64,000 bases of DNA from Paludibacteraceae bacterium (GTDB lineage: Bacteria; Bacteroidota; Bacteroidia; Bacteroidales; Paludibacteraceae): NCBI GenBank assembly GCA_017461505.1, contig JAFTXV010000004.1, positions 13,490 to 77,489 of the forward strand. Reading direction: 5' to 3'. Position 1 is the first letter of the stretch, and every line of letters starts with the position of its first letter. Below, piece by piece: positions 25,092 through 33,509 of the stretch. Below the pieces are notes generated by a model that was given only the letters and a program-made list of their open reading frames with translations, did no database searches and was not told where the DNA came from. The position numbers and the translations under genes were made by a program.

Positions 25092-26736
25092 TCTGTTTTT
25101 TGGTACAGGTGTACCACACTCTATCTTTATCCTTACTGTAGCTATTGCAGTAGGAATATCATTAAGTCACCATTTGAAGTTCAAAGGCATCACATTGGGT
25201 ATCACATGGATACTCTTTTGCGCTATTGCCATGTCCCATTTCGGCATGCACCTAGACCCTGTAGTGGAAACTTTCGCTAAGGATTTTGGATTGATTCTGT
25301 TTGTGTATTCCATTGGTTTACAAGTGGGTCCGAGTTTCTTCTCCTCATTTGGTAAAGGTGGTATCAAACTCAATCTATTGGCAGCAAGCATTGTCTTGCT
25401 GGGCTGTGTGACAGCCTATTTAATTCACCTCTTTGCAGGCGAAGATATTGCTACAATGACGGGTGTGCTCTTTGGTGCGGTAACCAACACTCCTGGTCTA
25501 GGTGCTGCACAACAGGCCTTTACAGATATTACAGGAAATACAAACCCCAATATCGCAAGCGGTTATGCAATGGCATATCCATTGGGTGTAGTGGGAATCA
25601 TCACCGTGATCTTAGCTATGCGATGGTTCTTCAAAATCAAGCTGGAAAAGGAAGAAGCACGTGTAGCCGCAGAAAGTGAAGTACAAAAAGAAATTGAGTA
25701 TATCGATATCTTACTGACCAACCCTCAAGTGGAAGGAGCATATATACGCGAACTATGTCAGCTCTGCCATATGAACTTGATTGTATCTCGATTGGTTCGA
25801 CCTGATGGAGAAGACGAGTTGCCAGATGTAGATACCATATTACACGTAGGTGACCGTATTCGTGTAGTAGTCGATAAAGAAAATGAAAAGAGCATACTGC
25901 TACTAGGTATGGAAACCACCCTACCTATTGACCATAAAGCGCAAGCACACTTGGTATCTCGCCATGTGGTAGTCACCAAAGCAGAACTTAATGGCAAACG
26001 TATTGGCGACTTGAACGTGCGAACTGCTTATCACGTGTCTATCACACGTATCCGCCGTGCGGGTATCGAACTATTAGCTACACGCGACTTGTACTTGCAA
26101 TTGGGTGACCGTATTACGGTAGTTGGCGAAGAACGTGCCGTAGATAAGGTTGAGAAACTGTTTGGCAACTCCACCAAACGTCTAGATATCCCCAATTTGG
26201 CTTCTATTTTCTTGGGATTGGCGTTGGGTGTAGCAGCAGGTGTATTACCTATCGCCTTACCGGGGTTGGCTCAACCATTTAAGTTGGGTATTGCTGGTGG
26301 CTCGCTAGTTATCGCTATCTTGATGAGTTGCTTTGGACCAAAGATGCATATCGTGACCTATACTACGAGTAGCGCCAACCTGATGATTCGTGAAATCGGT
26401 ATCGCTATGTTCTTGGCCGCAGTGGGGTTTGGAGCAGGCAAAACATTTATCCCGACCCTATTAGATGGCGGATACATGTGGATTGGCTATGGAGTCATTA
26501 TCACCCTTGTGCCACTGCTATTGGTGGGCATCGTGGCGCGTTTATGGCTTAAAATCGACTATTTCACCCTCATGGGATTGATTGCGGGTAGCACCACCGA
26601 CCCTCCTGCTCTAGCCTATGCAACTACCGTTTCCTCAACTAACGACCGCGCTGCTGTGGCATACTCTACTGTCTATCCGTTAACCATGTTTTTGCGTGTA
26701 TTAACAGGTCAATTGATGATATTATTATTCTTGTAA
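25075..26736 (+). CDS. AAE family (YidE/YbjL/AspT-like) transporter with two central TrkA-C/RCK_C domains
   Basis: The ORF is trimmed to MNWLNSLFFG. It has a duplicated membrane domain flanking two RCK_C-like segments (LHVGDRIRVVV and LQLGDRITVVG). Confidence 0.85.
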   Translation: MNWLNSLFFGTGVPHSIFILTVAIAVGISLSHHLKFKGITLGITWILFCAIAMSHFGMHLDPVVETFAKDFGLILFVYSIGLQVGPSFFSSFGKGGIKLNLLAASIVLLGCVTAYLIHLFAGEDIATMTGVLFGAVTNTPGLGAAQQAFTDITGNTNPNIASGYAMAYPLGVVGIITVILAMRWFFKIKLEKEEARVAAESEVQKEIEYIDILLTNPQVEGAYIRELCQLCHMNLIVSRLVRPDGEDELPDVDTILHVGDRIRVVVDKENEKSILLLGMETTLPIDHKAQAHLVSRHVVVTKAELNGKRIGDLNVRTAYHVSITRIRRAGIELLATRDLYLQLGDRITVVGEERAVDKVEKLFGNSTKRLDIPNLASIFLGLALGVAAGVLPIALPGLAQPFKLGIAGGSLVIAILMSCFGPKMHIVTYTTSSANLMIREIGIAMFLAAVGFGAGKTFIPTLLDGGYMWIGYGVIITLVPLLLVGIVARLWLKIDYFTLMGLIAGSTTDPPALAYATTVSSTNDRAAVAYSTVYPLTMFLRVLTGQLMILLFL

Positions 26737-26739
26737 ATT

Positions 26740-27630
26740 ATGAAACGCTTCTATTTTTTACTTATTGCCTTCATAGCAGTTGCTGCTTCAGCAGAAGTGA
26801 TTACTATGGACTTGATGACTGCCACCGATATGGTACCCAATGCGGTTACATATAGTACATCCTATGGATCAGGCTATTACGATGGCACCGATGTATGGGA
26901 TAGCACCTATAACGATAGCGGTATCTGCCAGTTTATCTATACCAACGGTGCACGCTTTATGCTCTCGCACTTGCCTAGTCAAAACTCATACGGAGGTATG
27001 AGTTGGGAGGGATTTACGGTCTCCAAAGTGTCGCAAGACACTGCCAACGTCTTTGGATGCGTAGCCAATGGCGGATTAGCTGGCGTAGGAACACCGTACG
27101 TTATTGGCTATTATTCTAGTTGGATTACCGAATCACTAGGATATTCATCCAATATCATTCTCTTTGACCAAGAGTATTATCCAGAATATGTGTATATCTG
27201 CCAAAATAGCAATACGATGGAAGCGATTACCAATGGTGGAGTTTTCAATGCACGAGCATTTACCGAAAACGATACCTTGGCTCTCATCATCAGCGCCTTA
27301 AATAGCGGCATGGAAGAAACCAAAAGTATTACGTATTACTTGGCTGTAGATGGAGAGAAAAACAATGGTTGGATCAAAGTGCCGCTTACAGCATTAGGAC
27401 AAGCAGCAGGACTAAGTTTTCGTATGACCACAACCGATATAGGGCAGTTTGGCGAAAACACTCCTATGTATTTTGCATTAGATGGATTAACCGTGAATAC
27501 AGAGATTGCTACAGCACTACCCCAAGTAGCTGTACAACAACCTAAAACAACCAAGATGATTGTGCAGCAACAAATCTATATCTTGCGAGGGAGCGAACTA
27601 TACACACCATTAGGACAACGCATCAGATAA
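26740..27630 (+). CDS. Secreted protein of unknown function (DUF4465-like, tentative) with a C-terminal beta-strand tail
   Basis: 296 aa. It has a signal peptide (AVAASAEV). The MSWEGFTVSKVS and PMYFALDGL segments recall DUF4465. The C-terminus is IYILRGSELYTPLGQRIR. Confidence 0.5.
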   Translation: MKRFYFLLIAFIAVAASAEVITMDLMTATDMVPNAVTYSTSYGSGYYDGTDVWDSTYNDSGICQFIYTNGARFMLSHLPSQNSYGGMSWEGFTVSKVSQDTANVFGCVANGGLAGVGTPYVIGYYSSWITESLGYSSNIILFDQEYYPEYVYICQNSNTMEAITNGGVFNARAFTENDTLALIISALNSGMEETKSITYYLAVDGEKNNGWIKVPLTALGQAAGLSFRMTTTDIGQFGENTPMYFALDGLTVNTEIATALPQVAVQQPKTTKMIVQQQIYILRGSELYTPLGQRIR

Positions 27631-27664
27631 AAAAGAAAGCCGCTGACTGACAGCGGCTTTTTTA
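27629..27664. terminator. Bidirectional terminator between the secreted-protein gene and rpsO
   Basis: The hairpin is aaagccgctg-actga-cagcggcttt, flanked by an A-run and a T-run. Confidence 0.9.
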
Positions 27665-27681
27665 ATTGGAGTAGCAGGTAA

Positions 27682-27951
27682 TTACTTACGGATACCCAAC
27701 TCTTTGATGATAGCACGATAACGCTCAATGTCTTTTGCCTTCAAGTAGTCAAGCAAACGACGACGCTTACCTACCAACATAGTCAAAGCACGCTCTGTAC
27801 CGAAGTCCTTGTGGTTCTTCTTCAAGTGCTCTGTCAAGTGGTTAATACGGAAAGTGAAAAGAGCGATTTGGCTCTCTGCAGAACCTGTGTTCTTAGCGTC
27901 ATTGCCATACTTAGCAAAGAGTTCTGCTTTTTTCTCTGATGTCAAATACAT
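27682..27951 (-). CDS. rpsO: 30S ribosomal protein S15
   Basis: 89 aa. The sequence SAESQIALFTFRINHLTEHLKKNHKDFGTERAL is a canonical S15 sequence. Confidence 0.97.
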   Translation of the reverse strand: MYLTSEKKAELFAKYGNDAKNTGSAESQIALFTFRINHLTEHLKKNHKDFGTERALTMLVGKRRRLLDYLKAKDIERYRAIIKELGIRK

Positions 27952-28049
27952 GATTGTAATTGATAATTAATTAGTTAAACAATAATGACCTCGCATGATG
28001 CTAGGATCCAAACGATGTCACATCTAGCTGCTTTCTCTAAAAAAGCGTG

Positions 28050-28081
28050 CAAAATTACTGCTTTTTTCTGATATACACAAA
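28050..28081 (-). promoter_or_regulatory. rpsO promoter
   Basis: The minus strand has TTTG (28081-28078), a 20-nt spacer and TAatTTTG (28057-28050). The leader is about 90 nt. Confidence 0.8.
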
Positions 28082-28116
28082 TTTTTTTGCTAAAACTTGC
28101 GTTTTTCGTCGATTTA

Positions 28117-29013
28117 TTACTTTATTTCAAATGGGAAACTACCTATAAGTTCGCCATCTACAAAGAAGTCGGCATTATAAACACCCGTCTGCAGTATCTC
28201 CTCTACTAACCAATACAGCGAACCCGAAATCTCTTCACCTGCATACTCAAAATCCTTAGATACAGAATAGGCAATCTCGCTATTCTCAAATGGGAACACA
28301 TGGTTGATACTCTTTTGCATCACCTCTCCGTCTGGGCGAGTGATACGCATATAGAGCGTTTTCATGCCTGGCTTATTGGTGATATTGCGACCAACGGTAT
28401 AGTCAAACTGCAATTTCTGAATCTGATTATAAATCGTTGTCTTGCGGTCACGTTTGTTGAGAGCTATCATTTCAAAATGACTAATCTCCAACATCGAAGC
28501 ACGGCTCACCACTTCTGCCAATTGCGTACGTTCCTCTTCCAATTGTTGAGCTTGACGCGCCACTTCTTGGTATTGTTGCTTCACTTGCTGATTTTCTTTT
28601 ACCAACTGCTTGTTGGTGCGGTCGAGCGAGTCAATCTGATGCACATAACTAACCATCACTTGGCGCACCGTTGCCAACTCCTTCTTGAGTTCGGCTATAC
28701 GACGAGCATTGGTTACCTTGGTGATACGCAACTCCTCCAGCAAGTCTTGCACACGCTGCTTCTCCTGCGAAAGCAATTCCACCAATGAGTCGTTGTGAAT
28801 ATCGGGTGTTTGGTAGCCATCAAACTGGATGGCGAGTTCTTCATACTCGTCTTCCAATTGCTCCTTCTCAAACTCCATCTGCTCAACTATCTCCTTTATC
28901 TCAGTCTTCTGCTGGAAGTTCATCCATACCAAAAAAGCGGACACCCCTACCAAGGCTGCTATCACGGCAATAAAAATCACCTGTTTAGATTCTTTCTTCT
29001 TTGTATTTGTCAT
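28117..29013 (-). CDS. Membrane-anchored coiled-coil protein, unknown function
   Basis: 298 aa. It has an N-terminal TM helix (VIFIAVIAALVGVSAFLVW), a long heptad-rich E/Q/K segment and a C-terminal globular part. Confidence 0.6.
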   Translation of the reverse strand: MTNTKKKESKQVIFIAVIAALVGVSAFLVWMNFQQKTEIKEIVEQMEFEKEQLEDEYEELAIQFDGYQTPDIHNDSLVELLSQEKQRVQDLLEELRITKVTNARRIAELKKELATVRQVMVSYVHQIDSLDRTNKQLVKENQQVKQQYQEVARQAQQLEEERTQLAEVVSRASMLEISHFEMIALNKRDRKTTIYNQIQKLQFDYTVGRNITNKPGMKTLYMRITRPDGEVMQKSINHVFPFENSEIAYSVSKDFEYAGEEISGSLYWLVEEILQTGVYNADFFVDGELIGSFPFEIK

Positions 29014-29020
29014 AAAATTT

Positions 29021-29052
29021 CACCTTTCCGTTTTCAGTTTTCACCTTTCACC
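29021..29052. repeat. T-tract heptamer word cluster (CACCTTTC / CGTTTT / CAGTTTT)
   Basis: The sequence reads cacctttccgttttcagttttcacctttcacc. It lies between the murF stop and the coiled-coil gene start. Confidence 0.85.
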
Positions 29053-30260
29053 TACAACACATCTAATAGTTTTTCCATTCGGGTACTACGTGAGCCTTTG
29101 AGGAGAATGTTTTTTCCTTTAAGGGGTTGCTCTTCTAAGTATTTGTGCAGCATTTCCACGTTCTCAAACACAGGGTATGGCGATGTCGTTTGCAGATATT
29201 CCTCTCCTACTAGGAAGACATTTTCTGCCTTACGCTCTGCCAACATATTCACAATATTCTGGTGTTCCAAGTGCGAGTATTCACCCAACTCACGCATCGC
29301 ACCCAAGATATACGTATCTCCTTTGAAGGCATTGATAGCCGCCTGCATAGAGGTTGGATTAGCATTATACGCATCCACTATCAGCTGGTTATTAGCCGTT
29401 TGCATCTTTTGCGAACGATTGTTCGTTGGCACATATTGACGGATGGCAGTCAATGCCTCTTCGCGAGAGATACCAAAATACTCACCCACACATATTGCCG
29501 CCGACACATTCTCTGCATTGTATTCTCCCACAAGATGTGTGCCATCGGGCATTTGTCCTGTGGTGTAAGGTACTGTTTTAAGGTCACCAGCCATCTTTGC
29601 CAAGTATGGGTTGTCCGTATTGCGGAAGATATATCCCTGATGCTCAAGCAGATAATCGTATAGTTCTTTTTTGGTTTGTTGTACCCCTTCAAAAGAACCA
29701 AATCCCTCTAAGTGGGCACGACCTACGTTGGTTATCAACCCACAATTGGGCGCTGCAATATCCACCAATTCCTTAATATCCCCAGGATGCGATGCTCCCA
29801 TCTCCACAATGGCCATCTCATGTGCACGTGTGATTTGCAAGAGCGTGAGAGGCACACCTATCTGATTATTAAGGTTACCTTGTGTGTAATGTAGGTTGTA
29901 TTTCGTGGAAAGAACGGTTGCCAACAGTTCTTTGGTGGTGGTCTTGCCGTTAGTACCTGTAATGCCAATGATAGGCAATCCCAACTCGCGGCGCCAAGCG
30001 CGTGCGAGGTCTTGCAGAGCGAGTAAGGTGTTAGGAACCAATAACGTACCCTCTGGCAGGGCGTATTCTGGGTTGTCGATGACAGCCAACGAGGCACCGC
30101 TTTCGAGGGCTAGTTTGGCAAACTTATTTCCATCAAAACGCTCACCATGCAACGCAAAGAACACGCAACCTGCAGGCAGATTGCGCGTGTCTGTACTCAC
30201 ACAGAGCGATTCTTTATCTTTTATCAGAAAATCCCAATTCATGCCGTTTTCCGTTTTCAC
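29052..30260 (-). CDS. murF: UDP-N-acetylmuramoyl-tripeptide--D-alanyl-D-alanine ligase MurF
   Basis: 402 aa. It has the Mur ligase P-loop GITGTNGKTTTKE and MurF-like domains. The first 6 codons (MKTENG) are translated from the heptamer repeat, so the ATG at 30242 (MNWDF) is an alternative start. Confidence 0.9.
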   Translation of the reverse strand: MKTENGMNWDFLIKDKESLCVSTDTRNLPAGCVFFALHGERFDGNKFAKLALESGASLAVIDNPEYALPEGTLLVPNTLLALQDLARAWRRELGLPIIGITGTNGKTTTKELLATVLSTKYNLHYTQGNLNNQIGVPLTLLQITRAHEMAIVEMGASHPGDIKELVDIAAPNCGLITNVGRAHLEGFGSFEGVQQTKKELYDYLLEHQGYIFRNTDNPYLAKMAGDLKTVPYTTGQMPDGTHLVGEYNAENVSAAICVGEYFGISREEALTAIRQYVPTNNRSQKMQTANNQLIVDAYNANPTSMQAAINAFKGDTYILGAMRELGEYSHLEHQNIVNMLAERKAENVFLVGEEYLQTTSPYPVFENVEMLHKYLEEQPLKGKNILLKGSRSTRMEKLLDVL

Positions 30261-30277
30261 CTTTCAGTTTTCCGTTT
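30244..30277. repeat. T-tract heptamer word cluster at the murF start
   Basis: The sequence reads ccgttttccgttttcacctttcagttttccgttt. Confidence 0.85.
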
Positions 30278-30278
30278 G

Positions 30279-30310
30279 CAAAGGTACTGCTTTTTGTTGA
30301 TATATGCAAG
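30279..30310 (-). promoter_or_regulatory. murF promoter
   Basis: The minus strand reads caaaaagcagTAccTTTGcaaac. The -7 box is at 30286-30279 and a CTTG -33-like element is at 30310-30307. Confidence 0.7.
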
Positions 30311-30368
30311 CAAAAGTGCAAATAGTGCAAAAATATTAACTATTAATTATTAACTATAACTTACCTAT

Positions 30369-30434
30369 TACGGGTTCATGACGGGTTCATACTATATGAT
30401 TACTATAAGATAACTATGTGATCACTATGTTATT
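30369..30434. repeat. Two adjoining 11-bp tandem arrays (TACGGGTTCAT x2, ACTATNWGATN x4)
   Basis: The units read tacgggttcat, gacgggttcat, actatatgatt, actataagata, actatgtgatc and actatgttatt. Confidence 0.9.
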
Positions 30435-30473
30435 CTGCCCACTCCTCTAGACCTTTTTAAGAGGACTGTGAAC

Positions 30474-30532
30474 TTTCCGTTTTCACCTTTCAGTTTTCCG
30501 TTTTCAGTTTTCACTTTTCAGTTTTCAGTTCC
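30474..30532. repeat. Longest T-tract heptamer word cluster
   Basis: The sequence reads tttccgttttcacctttcagttttccgttttcagttttcacttttcagttttcagttcc. Confidence 0.9.
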
Positions 30533-30745
30533 CACGGACTTTCCGCAGACACATTCTCATACCTCTTCAAAAAGTCCGCAGAAATCCATTTCCAGCACCT
30601 TTCTCCCTGAAAATCAATGCTCTCTTCTTAAATACGCAGAGTGGCATTTTTTACACTTTGTACATTTGGGGCATTTTCGAAAGTCCCTAAAGTGTACAAA
30701 ATGTACAAAGTGCCACATGTTTTTTTATTTCGCGTGTGTTTTTGT

Positions 30746-30779
30746 GGTTTTCAGTTTTCACCTTCCCGTTTTCCGTTTT
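30746..30779. repeat. T-tract heptamer word cluster
   Basis: The sequence reads ggttttcagttttcaccttcccgttttccgtttt. Confidence 0.85.
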
Positions 30780-30839
30780 ACAAAGGAGTGCTTGAAGACG
30801 AGCATTGATACGAGCAAGAAGAATAACAATATATGAGAA

Positions 30840-31964
30840 TTACATTTCTAATTCCAATACCTTTTCGATGATTGGTGCCATGTCGTAGTATTTATATTCC
30901 GCTAGGCGACCACCGAAAATGACACGTGTTTCATGATCGGCGAGTTGTTTGTATTGCTCGTAAAGTTGCGTATTGCGTTGGTTGTTGATAGGATAAAACG
31001 GCTCCATCCCTTCGCCCCACTCGGTGCTATACTCACGACTAATCACCGTCTTGGGATTATCATACACCGCCTGACCAAACGTCTCAAAATGTTTGTGTTC
31101 GATTACTCGCGTATAAGGTGTTTCACGGTCGGTATAGTTGATTACCGCATTACCTTGATAATTGGCAGTATCTATCGTTTCCGTCTCAAAACGCACAGTG
31201 CGGTAATCCAATGTGCCAAAGCAATAGTTGTAGTACTCATCAATTTTACCAGTAAAGACAATCTTGTCGGCTATATTCTCCCATTTCTGGCGGTCAGCAA
31301 AGAAATCAGTATTGACCAATGTATCCACTCCTTCGAGCAAGCTCTCTATTAATCGATTATATCCACCAATAGGTATGCCTTGGTAGGCATCGTTAAAGTA
31401 GTTGTTGTCATACACCATACGTACTGGCAGACGGCGGATAATGAACGCTGGCAGTTCGGTGCAAGGTCTGCCCCATTGCTTTTCTGTGTAACCCTTGATG
31501 AGTTTTTCGTATATATCACGTCCCACGAGGCAAAGGGCTTGTTCCTCCAAGTTCTGTGGCTCACGTCCATGTAGGGCGGACATCGCTTCTGCTTTTTGTT
31601 CGGCTATTTTTGTTTCTGCCTCGGTAGGCGTGACGACACCCCACATTTGGTGGAAAGTATTCATATTGAACGGCAGGTTATAGAGTTCGCCATGATAGTT
31701 CGCCACAGGGCAGTTGGTATAGCGATTGAAAGGCACGATGCTATTGACAAAATCCCACACCTCTTTATTATTAGTATGGAAGATATGCGCACCATACTTG
31801 TGTACGTGAATACCTTCTATCTCCTCGCAATAGATATTGCCTCCCAAGTGAGGGCGTTTGTCAATTACCAAACAACGCTTGCCTGCTTGCTTGGCGCAGT
31901 AGGCGAATGTGGCTCCGAATAAACCAGAGCCAACGATGAGATAATCGTAATGGTTAGTTAACAT
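30840..31964 (-). CDS. glf: UDP-galactopyranose mutase
   Basis: 374 aa. It has the FAD-binding motif DYLIVGSGLFGATFA and full-length Glf-like sequence, including GGRLAEYKYYDM near the C-terminus. Confidence 0.93.
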   Translation of the reverse strand: MLTNHYDYLIVGSGLFGATFAYCAKQAGKRCLVIDKRPHLGGNIYCEEIEGIHVHKYGAHIFHTNNKEVWDFVNSIVPFNRYTNCPVANYHGELYNLPFNMNTFHQMWGVVTPTEAETKIAEQKAEAMSALHGREPQNLEEQALCLVGRDIYEKLIKGYTEKQWGRPCTELPAFIIRRLPVRMVYDNNYFNDAYQGIPIGGYNRLIESLLEGVDTLVNTDFFADRQKWENIADKIVFTGKIDEYYNYCFGTLDYRTVRFETETIDTANYQGNAVINYTDRETPYTRVIEHKHFETFGQAVYDNPKTVISREYSTEWGEGMEPFYPINNQRNTQLYEQYKQLADHETRVIFGGRLAEYKYYDMAPIIEKVLELEM

Positions 31965-33501
31965 TTTCTTTTCTCTTGTATAAATCTATATTACAAATCG
32001 TAGAATCCGTCTTTGCCACCAAATCATACCTCTCATATAGAATATGGTCCGATTTTTCTCTTGGATCTTTTCTATCTTTAATATGAACTTTGATTACCCA
32101 TAATGGATTATAATCTGCAATATTGTCTTTTTGGTGTAACTCATCACTTTGACCGCATGTAATTTTATTACATTGTACAATTCCATTATTCCATAATATA
32201 GGAAAACATGCTAACATACTTGCACCACATCTGTTATTCTCATAATCTTCACTTGGAACAGCCCAAAATAAATTGTAATTCCAAATAGAATCTCTTTCAG
32301 ACATCGGTACGTTGGATAATAATTGTTCTACTTCTGAATAAAATCTCTTTGCGGAAGGTTCTCCACTTGCTAATACTTTGATATTGCTAATCGTCGCACC
32401 TTTTGCAACTTTTAAAATTGGACGTTTTTCGAATTGAGGCAAAAAGAACAAAATGAATGTACATATAATCAATAATACCTTATCTTTTGTCAAAAACAGA
32501 GCTATAATATAGAGCATAAACATTGGAACTAAAACAACGTAGTAATATATAAATCCCACATGAAATGTTCCCATGAATGTTAATTGAAGTATGATTAGTG
32601 GAATAGTTATCCACAACACCTGTTTATATTCTGTTTTATATAGCATACCCCACATAGCAGTAAAGAATAGTACATGAACTAATTTAGGGGTACTAAACAT
32701 TGAGCGAATTAACTTAAATATTCCGCCCGAATATGTCATATTAAATCCTATCAAACCATACCAGAATTCACCTAAAGCATTATGATATATAAAATATCCA
32801 AATATTGGTATAGCAACAATAATAAATCCTACTAGAAACATTCCAATATTGTACATTGCATTTTTATAATGTTTGTTATAAAAAAGATAGATTACTAGTC
32901 CACCCATTATACCTGCAAATTGTGCGAAGGCATCATTGGGACGTATAAAGAATGCAAGACCAAAGCACAAACCATAAATTAAACTATAAGATAATGGATG
33001 TGGTTGTGCTGGCGATTGGATTATATATTTCAAAATATAGTACGTTGATATTGCAAAAAATAGCAACATCCAACTTTCACATTTATTACCTTCACATATT
33101 ATTCCACTATAGATATACAACGTTACTAAAAGTGTAACAAAAGATAAAGTATTATTGAGGAAAAGTTTGGATGTTTTGAATAAATAGAGTAATGTAACAA
33201 ATAGCGCAATCACTTGCAAACAGAAAATACCAACACGACCTGGTATCAGCCATTGACCTAATGCCTGAATAAAATAAATAATTGGACCTTTATGGTCAAA
33301 TATATCTACATAGGGGATTTTGCCTTGTAAAATAGCTAGACCCATTGTCTTAAAAACTGCACTATCTACCGCATCATTTATATACAATGGGGAAGTAGAA
33401 TAAGAGTACAATAGTAGGAATCCTACTGAAATTGGCAAAAATAACAATACAAAATATTTGTTGCCACAAATTTTCTCTAATGCTTGATAAAATTCTTTCA
33501 T
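31954..33501 (-). CDS. Polytopic GT-C-fold glycosyltransferase (ArnT/PMT_2/GtrC-like) with a C-terminal periplasmic domain
   Basis: 515 aa with about 11-12 predicted TM helices. The first-loop acidic motif region is YINDAVDSAVF...GKIPYVDIFDHKGP, as in GT39/GT83-type enzymes. The non-membrane C-terminus is about 150 aa. The gene looks AT-rich by eye. Confidence 0.65.
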   Translation of the reverse strand: MKEFYQALEKICGNKYFVLLFLPISVGFLLLYSYSTSPLYINDAVDSAVFKTMGLAILQGKIPYVDIFDHKGPIIYFIQALGQWLIPGRVGIFCLQVIALFVTLLYLFKTSKLFLNNTLSFVTLLVTLYIYSGIICEGNKCESWMLLFFAISTYYILKYIIQSPAQPHPLSYSLIYGLCFGLAFFIRPNDAFAQFAGIMGGLVIYLFYNKHYKNAMYNIGMFLVGFIIVAIPIFGYFIYHNALGEFWYGLIGFNMTYSGGIFKLIRSMFSTPKLVHVLFFTAMWGMLYKTEYKQVLWITIPLIILQLTFMGTFHVGFIYYYVVLVPMFMLYIIALFLTKDKVLLIICTFILFFLPQFEKRPILKVAKGATISNIKVLASGEPSAKRFYSEVEQLLSNVPMSERDSIWNYNLFWAVPSEDYENNRCGASMLACFPILWNNGIVQCNKITCGQSDELHQKDNIADYNPLWVIKVHIKDRKDPREKSDHILYERYDLVAKTDSTICNIDLYKRKENVN

Positions 33502-33509
33502 CTTTTCTT

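Noticed and set aside
28795-29439. 214-aa plus-strand ORF spanning the coiled-coil gene start, the heptamer cluster and the murF 3' end
   Set aside because: It crosses an intergenic repeat and two well-supported minus-strand genes. Its low-complexity Leu/Phe/Ser composition is typical of the antisense of E/K-rich coding sequence.
30468-30836. 122-aa plus-strand ORF in the glf-murF spacer
   Set aside because: Its sequence (MNFPFSPFSFPFSVFTFQFSV..., VFSFHLPVFRF) is simply the translation of the T-tract heptamer repeats and the TGTACA palindromes. No promoter is present.
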